NCBI GenBank assembly: GCA_964388035.1
Contig: CAYLZE010000012.1
Coordinates: forward strand, 1-64,000
Source: an uncultured archaeon
GTDB taxonomy: Archaea > Asgardarchaeota > Lokiarchaeia > Sigyniarchaeales > SOKP01
DNA: 64,000 nt
Direction: 5' to 3'
Below are positions 20,668-31,594 of this stretch, one piece after another. Within the stretch, counting starts at the first letter, position 1. Each line of letters starts with the position of its first letter. The notes beneath the pieces are model-generated. The model had not been told where the DNA came from. It was given only the letters and a program-made list of their open reading frames with translations, and ran no database searches. The position numbers were made by a program, and so were the translations under genes.

Positions 20668-20928
20668 TAATTTCAGCCTCTTTAATAGTTATAAATTGGT
20701 TTTAATTTGGTTATATTATATTATACCAACATTGATTTTTAAATTTAATTGACATTTCATTGGATTTAATAGAAAATAATACCGTCAATTAATTTAAGTT
20801 TATTTTTTTAAACCTCTTCAAATTTCACTACAATAACCATCAATTAATTTTAATAAAGAATATAGAACAAATATTAAAAGTTAGCAGATATTTTATAAAA
20901 TGGCAACTTTATAAAAAGGGAGAAAAGT

Positions 20929-21807
20929 ATGTTATTAGAGAATAAAAATATCGTGATAACGGGTGCGGGAAGAGGAATTGGAAAAGCAATTGCCATGGCA
21001 TGCGCAAAAGAAGGAGCAAATATTGGGATAACGTCGAGAAGCATGGATGAATTGAATGCTGTTAAGGAAGAAATAGAAGCCATGGGAGCAAAGGGGAAAG
21101 TGGTTATAAAAACTGCAGATATCACGGTTTATGAAGAAGTAGAAGCAATGCTTAAATATTTTCATGGGGAATTGGGGTCTTTAAACGGAATAATTGCTAA
21201 CGCTGGTGCTTCAGGACGGTGGGATACCCATGAATTTTCCCCGGAAAAATTTGCTACTATAATTAACGTGAATATTACCGGAGTTTTTCATGCCTTTAAA
21301 GCATCTTATCCTTATTTGAAGAAAGATGATAAAAAAGATAAGGCAAGGTTTATCATAACGGGTAGTGCCGCTTATCCAGCTGCAATGCCGAAATTTGCTG
21401 CATATACCGCTTCCAAGTATGGGGTGGTGGGATTTCAAAATGCTCTTGCTTTAGAATATAAAAAGGAAAATATCACAATTAACACCATTCTACCCACCAT
21501 GGTAGATACCAAATTATTACGAGGAGATAAAGCAGGTGATGGAAACAAGCCGGATAATGTCATGAACCCAGAAGATTTAATTGATTATTATGTATTTCTT
21601 TTATCAGAAGATGGTAATCGAGTGAGTGGTGAATTAATCTATACCAATGAATTCGAGCAATTAAAAGGGATCTTAGGAGAAATTCCGGAAGATAAAAAGA
21701 CTAATTGGGATGCCTTAAAAGAATATCTGGAAACCAACCAACCTGCCATCTATGAAAATGTAAGAAAAAATCGACGCTTGGTTGAATACCTTCTAAAAAA
21801 AGCTTAG
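20929..21807 (+). CDS. SDR family oxidoreductase
   Basis: TGAGRGIG, ANAG and YTASK. Confidence 0.93.
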   Translation: MLLENKNIVITGAGRGIGKAIAMACAKEGANIGITSRSMDELNAVKEEIEAMGAKGKVVIKTADITVYEEVEAMLKYFHGELGSLNGIIANAGASGRWDTHEFSPEKFATIINVNITGVFHAFKASYPYLKKDDKKDKARFIITGSAAYPAAMPKFAAYTASKYGVVGFQNALALEYKKENITINTILPTMVDTKLLRGDKAGDGNKPDNVMNPEDLIDYYVFLLSEDGNRVSGELIYTNEFEQLKGILGEIPEDKKTNWDALKEYLETNQPAIYENVRKNRRLVEYLLKKA

Positions 21808-21941
21808 TTTTTTGCTATCTATTTTTTATTATTTTAAATCTTAGATCCAAATATGAGAAAAAATTTTAATTTTTTTAGATTTTAACCCAATAATAATTTG
21901 ACTATTATACTTATAAATATTTTAGGAGTTATTATAAAAGA

Positions 21942-22514
21942 ATGAGCCAGAATCTATTCAATATTAAAAATGTTTTCACTATTGACGATATTTATAGGAA
22001 TAAAGAAGATCTCCATCATCTATTTGAAGTCCAATTACCCCCAAAAGAAATTAAATTATTTAAGGAAAGATTTCATTTTGAATTGGGAACCCTCTTGATT
22101 GGGGATTTAGTTTTAGATTTAGAAAAAGAAAGAATGCTGGAAATACATCCTTTTCCAGAATGGGTGGTAGAATTAAAAACCGAAACAAAATGTAAGCCAT
22201 ATCTTGTAGTTCCAAATTTTTCTCAATCATTTATTAACAAGTTACTAAGAAAGCCTCTTGAGAAGAAGATTGATTTACTTGAAAATGAAATTTCCAGATT
22301 GGAAATTGAAAAATTAATTGCGTTCGAATACGAAATCGGGATAAATGTCTTAGTGCCCGCTTATATTCCACATTTCTTTATTAGTTCAAAGAACGAAAAA
22401 TTAAGCGAATACCCTTATCTCCAAGTATTTGAACCCGATTTTACTAATATAGTGAATGTCCTAAAAATAAAGCCCTCCTATTATTTTAAATTACCCTTTT
22501 TTGTCCAAATTTAG
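21942..22514 (+). CDS. Hypothetical protein, possibly cupin-like
   Basis: EIHPFPE...VLVPAYIPHFF resembles cupin motifs. Confidence 0.6.
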   Translation: MSQNLFNIKNVFTIDDIYRNKEDLHHLFEVQLPPKEIKLFKERFHFELGTLLIGDLVLDLEKERMLEIHPFPEWVVELKTETKCKPYLVVPNFSQSFINKLLRKPLEKKIDLLENEISRLEIEKLIAFEYEIGINVLVPAYIPHFFISSKNEKLSEYPYLQVFEPDFTNIVNVLKIKPSYYFKLPFFVQI

Positions 22515-22520
22515 GAATTT

Positions 22521-23588
22521 TCAAATAATTTCGTAATATTCTTCATTATCTGCTAGTAAATTTAAATGAAGAAAAAACTCATCTGTTGATATTTCATTTT
22601 CTTTATATCGTATTAGTAATTTCTTGATTATGAAATAGGGTGTAAACTTAACGAACCGCAAGTCTGAAAAAAGATAGACTTTTCCTTTGTGTTCAAAAAT
22701 AATTTTTTTTTCAATTAATTCATTAAAAAGATCTTCATTATTATTCAAAACATTTAAACATTCTATGACCAATAAGGTTTTTTCTCTTAATATTTTCAAT
22801 AAAGAGATAACGTCTTTATCGATAAGAAGATTAATCAATTCCTTATTATCCAAATCAGATAAATAGTCAATATCAGAATATATACTCATTAAGTTGGTTC
22901 GAACTTTTTGTAATTCTTCCCTCTCTAACTTTTTTAAAAAATCTGGTAACTTAATAGGTGGAATTCGCATCAAGAACAAATCTTTTATTAAAAAATAATC
23001 TTCCATTCCCCCCGGAACTTCCTTTTTAAGAATTAAATTCTCCCGTAAAAAAGAAATGATCAAAAGATCTATATTTATGGTTGAAAATCCATGTTCAACT
23101 TTTAGGATATCAATCAATTTCGCCTTAGAAATTACACCATTTCTTAAAATTTGTAAAATCGTGAATTTAATTTTATCCGTGAAAAAACTGAGAAGGTTTT
23201 CCTCTTTTTCTAATTTAGTGTAATTCTTAATCGTATTAAAAGCTTCAAAAAGTGCCCTGGCAATCCGATTCGTGTTTAAAAGTTCGATTAAATTTTTACT
23301 AATTATTGCTAGAATGTCACTATAATCCGTATGATCTTTTATGATCTCACTTTTTTTTCTGATCAAGATCAGGAAATAGATTTCTCCACCGTGTTCTTGC
23401 ATGATGGAAATATAACCATTAGGATTATCATCCGAAGAAAATTCAATAATAGAATCTTGATTCAATTCATGCATGCTCCAAATTTTAAGAAGAATATTTT
23501 TAGGTGGAAAGGACTTCTCGGGTGGGTATTGTATTACTGGTTCAGGACCAACTTGGCGATTCCAGTGCACGATAATGATTCTTTTCAT
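22521..23588 (-). CDS. uDENN/longin-domain protein with winged-helix-like repeats (NPRL2/NPRL3-like architecture)
   Basis: N-terminal IIIVHWNRQVGPEPVIQYP matches the uDENN/longin start pattern; two wH-like segments downstream. Confidence 0.65.
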   Translation of the reverse strand: MKRIIIVHWNRQVGPEPVIQYPPEKSFPPKNILLKIWSMHELNQDSIIEFSSDDNPNGYISIMQEHGGEIYFLILIRKKSEIIKDHTDYSDILAIISKNLIELLNTNRIARALFEAFNTIKNYTKLEKEENLLSFFTDKIKFTILQILRNGVISKAKLIDILKVEHGFSTINIDLLIISFLRENLILKKEVPGGMEDYFLIKDLFLMRIPPIKLPDFLKKLEREELQKVRTNLMSIYSDIDYLSDLDNKELINLLIDKDVISLLKILREKTLLVIECLNVLNNNEDLFNELIEKKIIFEHKGKVYLFSDLRFVKFTPYFIIKKLLIRYKENEISTDEFFLHLNLLADNEEYYEII

Positions 23589-23763
23589 TACATAAAAACA
23601 ATTTTTGGCAATTTATTCCATATATTATTTAAATAAAGGCGGATATTTATTATATCGTTTTTAATAAATTCTGATTATAAATTTATTACTAGTTAAATAA
23701 TCTTCCATCATAGCATTAAATAGTATAAAAGAAGTGCAGGAATTAGTGAAAAGGATAGCTTTC

Positions 23764-24018
23764 TTACTTAAATAGATGGGGATATTTCTTTTTTATATTT
23801 TCACAAGTTCCCATGAACCTTTCCATTAATTCATTATTATCCCATTCCAAGAAATGATTCATGACAATATCAAGGATCAGATTAGCTGATATTCTGTCTT
23901 GATCGCTATTTTTCTGAGTATTGCTGCTATAAAGAATATCAATTTCCTCTTCCAGCCACCTTAATTCATCCTGTAAAAAATTTCTAATAATCTCTTCAAA
24001 ATTTTCACTAATATTCAT
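23764..24018 (-). CDS. Small acidic helical hypothetical protein
   Basis: 84-aa ORF with no competing long ORF. Confidence 0.65.
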   Translation of the reverse strand: MNISENFEEIIRNFLQDELRWLEEEIDILYSSNTQKNSDQDRISANLILDIVMNHFLEWDNNELMERFMGTCENIKKKYPHLFK

Positions 24019-24233
24019 GAATATTCGGAATCCTCTTCAAGTTATATCTAAACTAGCAATGAATCATTTATCAAGTTATGATATAATATCACTTCTATAA
24101 AAAGGTTGTTTCTCTGGGAATTTTTTGTGATATAAATACGGACAAGAAATACAAATATTTTTCTAATTTTAATTTCTTGACTTATTTAATACATGTTTTG
24201 AGTAATAAATAACATGTGGGGGACTGATAAATA

Positions 24234-25253
24234 TTGAGTGATAGAGCTCTTTTATTAGGACTATTTTTCTCCAATGAAGATAATTTAGTATACGAGAATA
24301 TCAAATACTCTCATGAAATTTCAAAGGAAAATGTGGATCAATTAAAAATATTAAGTTTTAAATTTCTGGGTCCCGTCTTCTTGGCAGCTGCAGATTTAGA
24401 AAAGGAGCAATGGAAGATTGAAGCAATAGAATCCTCATTATCTTTACAAAAAAATACTCAATATGACGTTATCCAATCTTTCTTTGGATTAAATTCTGTC
24501 ATTCAAACAGAAAAAGGAGTCACAAATCTTTTTACATTTATAGGTTCTTCCTATACTGAAGATATAAAAATGATTCAGGCTGAACTGGAACAGTATATCC
24601 ATCCAAGTATAATCGAAGATCGCTACATCAATAAAGCTTCTACGAAACAAGTGAAAGATGATTTAATAATAAAAAGTGAATTGAATAGAGGAATAAATTT
24701 AATTGAATATTCCTTAGGGGCTGCCAGAAAGATGTATTGGGAAGAACAGACAAAATATTCATGTATCGGTGTAATTGAAAGATTTTTTACCACCGAAGTT
24801 ACAAATTCATATCTTTATACGTATGGAAAATCAACTATTGAACCATATTTAGATTCTATCCCTTCTTTTTATATCATGTCTATTTTGCCCAATTATTACG
24901 AGAATTTAATTAATGAAACTCTTAAAGTTTTCGAAAAAAAAGGTATATATTCTAATATTCGGCAAATTCGCTTGAGCTCAGGACAGAAAAAAGTGCTTTA
25001 TTTGGAAGAATATCTCATAATTAATAATCAAAAAAGAAGTTATGGTGCAATTCTAATACCCACAGATAGCAAGGAGAAAAATTGTGAAAGTAGCGCCTAC
25101 TTCAAGAAGAAGTTGAGGGAAGTATTAGATTCTAATAAAGTCTTAGAAGATGTGCTAGCAAGTATAGATCCCAGATTTGACTTAAAGAAATGGGGTGCAA
25201 ATTCTGAACAAGAATTGAATGAGATAAAATTTATTTTAGATAAAAAGCAATAA
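24234..25253 (+). CDS. Hypothetical protein
   Basis: 339-aa ORF, TTG start. Confidence 0.75.
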   Translation: MSDRALLLGLFFSNEDNLVYENIKYSHEISKENVDQLKILSFKFLGPVFLAAADLEKEQWKIEAIESSLSLQKNTQYDVIQSFFGLNSVIQTEKGVTNLFTFIGSSYTEDIKMIQAELEQYIHPSIIEDRYINKASTKQVKDDLIIKSELNRGINLIEYSLGAARKMYWEEQTKYSCIGVIERFFTTEVTNSYLYTYGKSTIEPYLDSIPSFYIMSILPNYYENLINETLKVFEKKGIYSNIRQIRLSSGQKKVLYLEEYLIINNQKRSYGAILIPTDSKEKNCESSAYFKKKLREVLDSNKVLEDVLASIDPRFDLKKWGANSEQELNEIKFILDKKQ

Positions 25254-25255
25254 TA

Positions 25256-26311
25256 TTGAAAGTGGATTTAATGGAAGGAATAGAAATTGAACAGCAATAT
25301 AAGATTGATAAGCAAAAATTAAAAGATTATTATGAAAGAGTTAAAAATCAATATTCAAATTTAGAAAATATAGAGATAATCGCTCGGTTCGTTAATATTC
25401 ACTCCATCGGTGCCTCTATAAGTCAAATAGTCACTATTCTCCTTTATTACAAAAATAAGTTAAAGGAAGATAAAGGATTATTAGAACTTTCTTTCGAGTG
25501 GATTAGAGCTCAAGAAATTCGCCTTTCATATAAGAAATATCTTGTTAGAGCTGATTATCCTGATAATGATTTGCATTTGGCTGTGGATGATTGCATTTTT
25601 AGATTCTTTTTAGATTATGATATCTATTTGAGAAATTATTTATTTAATTGTACCTTGAAGGAACATGAAATTAGCGCCCTCTATTATTTCTTTTTTAGTT
25701 CCTATGAAATCAAACCAGAAGAATTTAGTATTATTTTAGAAAAATACGTTGATTATTCTCCAACGATATTTTTGGATGAAAAGCAAATTTCCACCAGAGT
25801 CACCACGTTAAGATCAGGCTTATCAAGTATCATTGAAGAAGATTACAAAGCCGTTTTAAGTTCTCGAAATGAAGCTAGCAGAGCAAAAAAAGAGAAGGAA
25901 ATCCAAAAATTTGAAGTAACGCCTATTGCTTGTGAATTTAGTGGGTCATTGTTAGAAAGAATTATTAAATCTTTATGCATTACGAAGCGAAAAATTTCTG
26001 AAAATGAAATCGAAAAAGCCGTATCTCAATTTTTAACGGGATATTTCAAGTTTGGCAAATTCTATGAATTTGAGGAATTTAGAGATTTAATGAAAAATTG
26101 TTTTTCAATAACAATCTATGAAGGATTAACGGATAAATATAAAGATAAATTTTCTGATATGGCTTTGATGGGAGAGATTGACAATCAGTTAATTAAGTTC
26201 GGGGAAACCAATACTTCTGATAAATTAGATGGTATTGCGTGGAAAAATGATTTACAACCTTTTTTAACCGCTTGGTTAGTCAAGTTTTTAGATAATTTAA
26301 TAATGGAATAA
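25256..26311 (+). CDS. Hypothetical helical protein
   Basis: 351-aa ORF, 2 nt after the upstream gene. Confidence 0.75.
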   Translation: MKVDLMEGIEIEQQYKIDKQKLKDYYERVKNQYSNLENIEIIARFVNIHSIGASISQIVTILLYYKNKLKEDKGLLELSFEWIRAQEIRLSYKKYLVRADYPDNDLHLAVDDCIFRFFLDYDIYLRNYLFNCTLKEHEISALYYFFFSSYEIKPEEFSIILEKYVDYSPTIFLDEKQISTRVTTLRSGLSSIIEEDYKAVLSSRNEASRAKKEKEIQKFEVTPIACEFSGSLLERIIKSLCITKRKISENEIEKAVSQFLTGYFKFGKFYEFEEFRDLMKNCFSITIYEGLTDKYKDKFSDMALMGEIDNQLIKFGETNTSDKLDGIAWKNDLQPFLTAWLVKFLDNLIME

Positions 26312-26338
26312 AAGGTTAAAATTATTCTAAAAAGGAAT

Positions 26339-27178
26339 TTATTTTAACCCTTTCTTCTTTTGCCAATACAAGCTATAAATATAATATAAACCGAATCCTG
26401 CTATTAAAACGATACCTATCACGAGTAAAATGGTATTAAAGAGCGCAGCTTGATTTGCGAACTGTACAGGATCTAAATCGCTAATGTTGACGGGTGGTTG
26501 GATTCCCAATGAGGCTCCAAGATATGCATAGAAAAAAGCTCGAGGGATCGATCCCAAAAAAGTAGCAATAGTGTACTTTTTCGGATTCATATCAACTAAT
26601 CCAGAAGCATAGCTAACGGGATCGAAAGGGATGAAAGGCAAAAAGCGTGCCACTACAATAATTCCGGAACCATACTTATGGATGAGCTCATCTATCAATA
26701 AAAGCGCATTTTGCCCTACAAATTTTTCCGCTATGGGTCTTCCTCCTTTTCTACTAAGAAAAAAACAAAATACTCCTGCGGTAACTGAACCAATGATACC
26801 CATGATTCCCCCAATAAAAATGCCATATATCATTCCCGTAGCAATCAAGACGACCTCCGAGGGAATGGGGGCAATGATTCCCTGCAATGTCATGATTAAT
26901 AAAAACAAGAAAATGCCAAAAAAACCCAATATATAGATAGGATTTACAATCCATTCCACTACAATCCTATAAAGAAAAGTCTGGTCAACAAAGAAAATGT
27001 AATAGGCAGTGTATACTGATACAACCATTATTGCTACAAAAATGATGATGTAAGCAATTGTTTTTTTATCATATTGAGAAAAATCAAGGAGATTTCTGAA
27101 ATAATTTTTAAGTTTATCGGAAAAGCTTTTTCTTTCAAATACCTCATTTTCCTTGTTTTCTTTTGCTCCATTTTCCAA
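26339..27178 (-). CDS. TVP38/TMEM64 (VTT/DedA) family membrane protein
   Basis: APIPSE and ARFLPFIPFDPVSYASG. Confidence 0.9.
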   Translation of the reverse strand: MENGAKENKENEVFERKSFSDKLKNYFRNLLDFSQYDKKTIAYIIIFVAIMVVSVYTAYYIFFVDQTFLYRIVVEWIVNPIYILGFFGIFLFLLIMTLQGIIAPIPSEVVLIATGMIYGIFIGGIMGIIGSVTAGVFCFFLSRKGGRPIAEKFVGQNALLLIDELIHKYGSGIIVVARFLPFIPFDPVSYASGLVDMNPKKYTIATFLGSIPRAFFYAYLGASLGIQPPVNISDLDPVQFANQAALFNTILLVIGIVLIAGFGLYYIYSLYWQKKKGLK

Positions 27179-27282
27179 AATTTTCTTCCCTTTTCGCAGA
27201 TTCTTTTAAGTAATATTAGTAATTCAAAATTGTTTAAAAAGTATTTTCTTTAAATATTCTTTTATTATAGGTAGATGCTATT

Positions 27283-28023
27283 ATGAAAAAGGATTCTTAT
27301 GTCTTTGGTCATAGAGGCGCGATGGGGTACATCATTGAAAATACGCTCCCAAGCTTTAAAAAAGCAGTTGAAATGGGAGCGGATATAGAAACAGATTTGA
27401 AGCTATCTAAAGATGGAATTATTTTTTGTTTTCATGATCCTGTTATCAAAATTGGAGCTAAAACAATAGGTATAGAAAATTTGACGTTAAAACAAATAAC
27501 AAAGATTCATTTCAAAGATAATCGGAAAATTCCCACATTAAAAGAAGTTTTTGAAGAATTTCAGAATATACCGAAAGAAATTTCCTATAGTTTCGATATC
27601 TCAAGCAAAAAAGTGGGAAAGAAAGCGATAGATTTAGCCAAAAAATATTCTGTCGAAAAGAATATCTTTATTACAGATCAGCGATTAATTGTTCTTTCAT
27701 TTCTGAGAAAATATGACTCTGAAGTACACCTCGTTCATACGTTATTTCCAACTATAAAAAAACTTGATGAAAAACAAGTAAATTTCGAAAAACTTTCAAG
27801 ACTTATGATTTCGGCAATAAATATTAGAAATAATGAATTTACAAAGCACAATTTTGAATTTATTATCAAAAAGGGCTTTAACGTCTTCATATGGGATATT
27901 AATTCCCGTTCAAAAATGAAGGAATTTCTTCAATTAGATCATGAGGGTAAGAAAGCAAAGGGATTTTATACAAATTTTCCCGATATTTTTTTCGAGATCA
28001 GGGATGAGGTTTATGGTCAATAA
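27283..28023 (+). CDS. Glycerophosphodiester phosphodiesterase
   Basis: GHRGA, ENTL, IETD, FHD, IPTLKE and TNFP. Confidence 0.92.
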   Translation: MKKDSYVFGHRGAMGYIIENTLPSFKKAVEMGADIETDLKLSKDGIIFCFHDPVIKIGAKTIGIENLTLKQITKIHFKDNRKIPTLKEVFEEFQNIPKEISYSFDISSKKVGKKAIDLAKKYSVEKNIFITDQRLIVLSFLRKYDSEVHLVHTLFPTIKKLDEKQVNFEKLSRLMISAINIRNNEFTKHNFEFIIKKGFNVFIWDINSRSKMKEFLQLDHEGKKAKGFYTNFPDIFFEIRDEVYGQ

Positions 28024-28108
28024 AGAGACAATACTTTAATTATGAATGAAGTATATATTTTTTAACAGAATTTAAAGAAAATTCTAAAGAATTAGTCGTC
28101 GTGATATA

Positions 28109-28909
28109 ATGAACCGAAATTTAAAGATCATATTATGGTTTATCTTAATAAGTTGGGTTATATTGGCTATTCTTTTTGGAATCTTTGACTTGCAAATCTC
28201 CATAGCAGTAGTAAATGAATCGTCCGCTTGGGGGATATTTGGGAGGAATTATGGCGAAGCTCCTGGATGGGGGTTAATTTTCATCTGTCTTGCAATTCTC
28301 ATTGGTAATATTAGTCAGAATATAGCAAAACAAAAAATTGGAGGAGGAATCATGCTAATAATCGCAATTATCGTACTTATTGTTAGAATAATTGATTATG
28401 ATTTCAAGAGTGTCATTGATGCTATCGTAATGGTTGCCTCTGTCGCTATATTTACACTCATTACTTTAAAAAAGGATTGGAGACAATATAGAAAATTTGC
28501 AGCAGTAGTAGTGTTATTAGCAATAATAAACGTGTTATTGTTTGTCCAGATAATTAAACTTTTGGTGGGAAGAGTTCGATTTTATGATTTACTCCCTGAT
28601 TATTCCAATTACACGCCATGGTATGTGCCTGTTGGCATTACAGGAAATCAATCATTTCCCTCTGGTCATGCAAGCATGGCTGCAATGATTTTACCCTGTT
28701 TAATCTTATTAAGAAAAAGAGAATGGAAGGATCCTTGGAGGATTATTGGAACGATAGTAATTATAGGGTGGGTTTTTTTTGTGGCGGCTTCAAGAGTTGT
28801 CATTGGAGCGCATTACGCTTCTGATGTACTCTTTTCAAGTGAATTCGGTGCCTTAATTACCTTGCTACTCTATAATCATTTCTATCTAAAAAAATCCGAT
28901 ACTAGTTAG
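28109..28909 (+). CDS. PAP2-family membrane phosphatase
   Basis: KLLVGRVR, SFPSGH and SRVVIGAHYASD. Confidence 0.92.
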   Translation: MNRNLKIILWFILISWVILAILFGIFDLQISIAVVNESSAWGIFGRNYGEAPGWGLIFICLAILIGNISQNIAKQKIGGGIMLIIAIIVLIVRIIDYDFKSVIDAIVMVASVAIFTLITLKKDWRQYRKFAAVVVLLAIINVLLFVQIIKLLVGRVRFYDLLPDYSNYTPWYVPVGITGNQSFPSGHASMAAMILPCLILLRKREWKDPWRIIGTIVIIGWVFFVAASRVVIGAHYASDVLFSSEFGALITLLLYNHFYLKKSDTS

Positions 28910-29159
28910 TTCTTATAAGAGGTTCTTGAAGGTTAAAGAAAAAACTATTTTACCCTATTTTTTTATATTTTAAATATTCGATGTCCCGAAATGAGTATAT
29001 ATAAAATATATTATTGCATCATTTTTCTTCCTAACGGATGGTATTATTTCCTTTAAAGTGAAAACAAGTCCCTTTTATTTAAAATCATAATAATTAAATG
29101 TGGGTCTCGATTATTAAAGAAAGTGAAATATTATATTATTCTTATAAGGTGAATCGTTC

Positions 29160-29822
29160 TTGAAAGAAATTGTTAAAAACGTGTATTATTTGGGCAATGC
29201 AGGGTGTGAAGTGTACCTAATTAACTCCAATAGCTCGGATGGGTTAATTTTAATCGATTGCGGGATGGATTTAAATTTAATAACAAAGATTGAAAAATCA
29301 GGATTGGACCCCCAAGAAATAAAACACTGTATAATAACTCATTTTCATATTGATCATATAGGAGCTTGCCATGATTTGGAAGAATTCAATGAAAAGGTTA
29401 AGTTTTATGCTCACGAGTTAGACTCCAAGCCTATTGAGGAGGAGGGGCATGATAGGCAAACCGCAGCGAGTTGGTATGGAGTTTCGTACAAGCCTATTAA
29501 ATTGTTTAGAAAATTTAAAAAAGATATAGAAATTCTATCTTTTGGAAATTATAATTTACAATGTATTCATACTCCCGGACATACTCCCGGATCAATTTCC
29601 ATTTTGCTAGATGCTGAAGGAAAAAAGATTCTCTTCGGTCAAGATATTCACGGGCCTTTCATGCGAGAATTTGGCTCAGATCTAAAACAATATCAAAAAT
29701 CCATGCAAAAACTATTGGATTTAGAGCCAGACATCCTTTGTGAGGGTCATTTTGGAATTATTCAACCAGCAGATCACGTTAAAAATTATATCTTGGACTA
29801 CATGCGCGAGAATAAACCTTGA
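29160..29822 (+). CDS. MBL-fold metallo-hydrolase
   Basis: THFHIDH, HTPGHTPG and EGH. Confidence 0.92.
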   Translation: MKEIVKNVYYLGNAGCEVYLINSNSSDGLILIDCGMDLNLITKIEKSGLDPQEIKHCIITHFHIDHIGACHDLEEFNEKVKFYAHELDSKPIEEEGHDRQTAASWYGVSYKPIKLFRKFKKDIEILSFGNYNLQCIHTPGHTPGSISILLDAEGKKILFGQDIHGPFMREFGSDLKQYQKSMQKLLDLEPDILCEGHFGIIQPADHVKNYILDYMRENKP

Positions 29823-30096
29823 AAATATAAAATCACGCGTTTAATCCTCTATTCTTTTTAATTTTTAAAATAAATCTAGTTTATTTAAAGCGGCTCATTC
29901 TATAACGAAAATTGAAAAGTATAAGACGAATTTTTTCCCATTTTTGGGTTCACTTCCTTATTGAGGTTCCTTATTTCACTAAATTATTCTGTATTGTTTT
30001 CATATCTTTTGATCTTTTGATATCTCAAAAACAAAGGTTTTTTCTTATTAATTTCAAATACTCTAATTAATATAAATGAACTAAACATGACTAAGA

Positions 30097-31590
30097 ATGA
30101 GTCTGATAGAAAATTCAAATGTTCGCGATTTTTGGCGTTACTTTGATAAAATTTGTGCAATTCCAAGATGTTCCCAACATGAAGAAAAAATAAGAGAATT
30201 TGTAGAAGACGAAGCTAATCGACTCGGGTACAAGTCTTTTTCCGATGATGCGGGTAATTTAGTTGTTATTATTGAACAAGATGCGGATTCCGATAATAAA
30301 GACATTGTCTTACAATGTCATCTCGATATGGTCTGCCAAAAAAACGAGGGAACCGAGCATGATTTTTCAAAAGACCCAATAAAAACCAAAATTGTTGAAA
30401 GAGATGGAATTACATGGTTAATGGCCGAGGACACCACACTTGGAGCAGATAATGGGGTGGGAATTGCATACTTATTAACTATAATGAAACGATTTCAATT
30501 GGGGCAAGTACCTTTTAATGGCAAAAAATTATTCTTGTTATTTACCGTACAAGAAGAATTGGGACTTATTGGTGCGGTTAATTTAGATAAATCGTTAATA
30601 AAAGGAAATTATTTGATTAATTTAGATGGAGAATCTGATACACTCATAAATGGATGTGCTGGAGGAATTACTACGGAAGGAAGAATTCCTTTTACCTTTG
30701 AAAAAGTACAAGATCAACTTAAGGAACCATGGGCAATAAAATTCTCTATTTCTGGGTTAAGGGGAGGACATTCGGGTGTAGATATAAATAAAGATAGGGT
30801 TAATTCCATCAAATTAATGAGTAAATTTCTATGGAAAATTAACGATCGTTTTTCAATGAGCTTAACAGTTATAAAAGGAGGAACCGCCAAAAATGCAATT
30901 CCAAGGGAGTCCTATGCAATTTTCTGGGTTGAAAGTAAAGATTTTAAAGATTCTATTGATTTTATTAAAGAAATCATATCTGAAACAAAATTGGGAATTG
31001 GAAAACTTGAACCAGAATTGCATTTTAACATTGAAGAGTTAGAAAAGAGTAATAATCACAACGTATTGCCACTCAAGATTAAGGATAAGTTAATTCACAT
31101 GTTATATGTTTTTCCTCACGGTCCAATTTCCATGCATCCAACAATAAAGAATCTGGTCTATACTTCCACTAATTTGGCCTCAATCGACTTTCATGAAAAC
31201 GAGATCATCATCGCAACGTCTCAACGGAGTTTTCATGAAATTTCCAAGAAAATGATATATCAACAAGTTGAGGCTCTATTTAAATTAGCAGACCTTAATG
31301 TTAAAATCACTCATATGGGTGATTATCCTGGATGGGAACCTGATTTCGATGCAGAATTGCTAAAGATCAGCAAAAGGACTTATAAGTCTCTGTTTAAGAA
31401 AATTTCCATCGTTCAAGCCATTCACGCGGGCTTAGAGTGCGGAATTTTAAAAAAACATTTCCCAGAAATGGATATGATTTCATTTGGAGCAGAAACTAAG
31501 GATAATCATTCTCCTGATGAGAGATTGAACATTCTTAGTGTGGAAAAAACCTATGATTTTTTAATTCAATTATTAAAGAATATTAAGTGA
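30097..31590 (+). CDS. pepD: Aminoacyl-histidine (Xaa-His) dipeptidase, M20C
   Basis: HLDMVC, TTLGADNG, GGHSG, IHAGLECG and HSPDE. Confidence 0.9.
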   Translation: MSLIENSNVRDFWRYFDKICAIPRCSQHEEKIREFVEDEANRLGYKSFSDDAGNLVVIIEQDADSDNKDIVLQCHLDMVCQKNEGTEHDFSKDPIKTKIVERDGITWLMAEDTTLGADNGVGIAYLLTIMKRFQLGQVPFNGKKLFLLFTVQEELGLIGAVNLDKSLIKGNYLINLDGESDTLINGCAGGITTEGRIPFTFEKVQDQLKEPWAIKFSISGLRGGHSGVDINKDRVNSIKLMSKFLWKINDRFSMSLTVIKGGTAKNAIPRESYAIFWVESKDFKDSIDFIKEIISETKLGIGKLEPELHFNIEELEKSNNHNVLPLKIKDKLIHMLYVFPHGPISMHPTIKNLVYTSTNLASIDFHENEIIIATSQRSFHEISKKMIYQQVEALFKLADLNVKITHMGDYPGWEPDFDAELLKISKRTYKSLFKKISIVQAIHAGLECGILKKHFPEMDMISFGAETKDNHSPDERLNILSVEKTYDFLIQLLKNIK

Positions 31591-31594
31591 AAAG

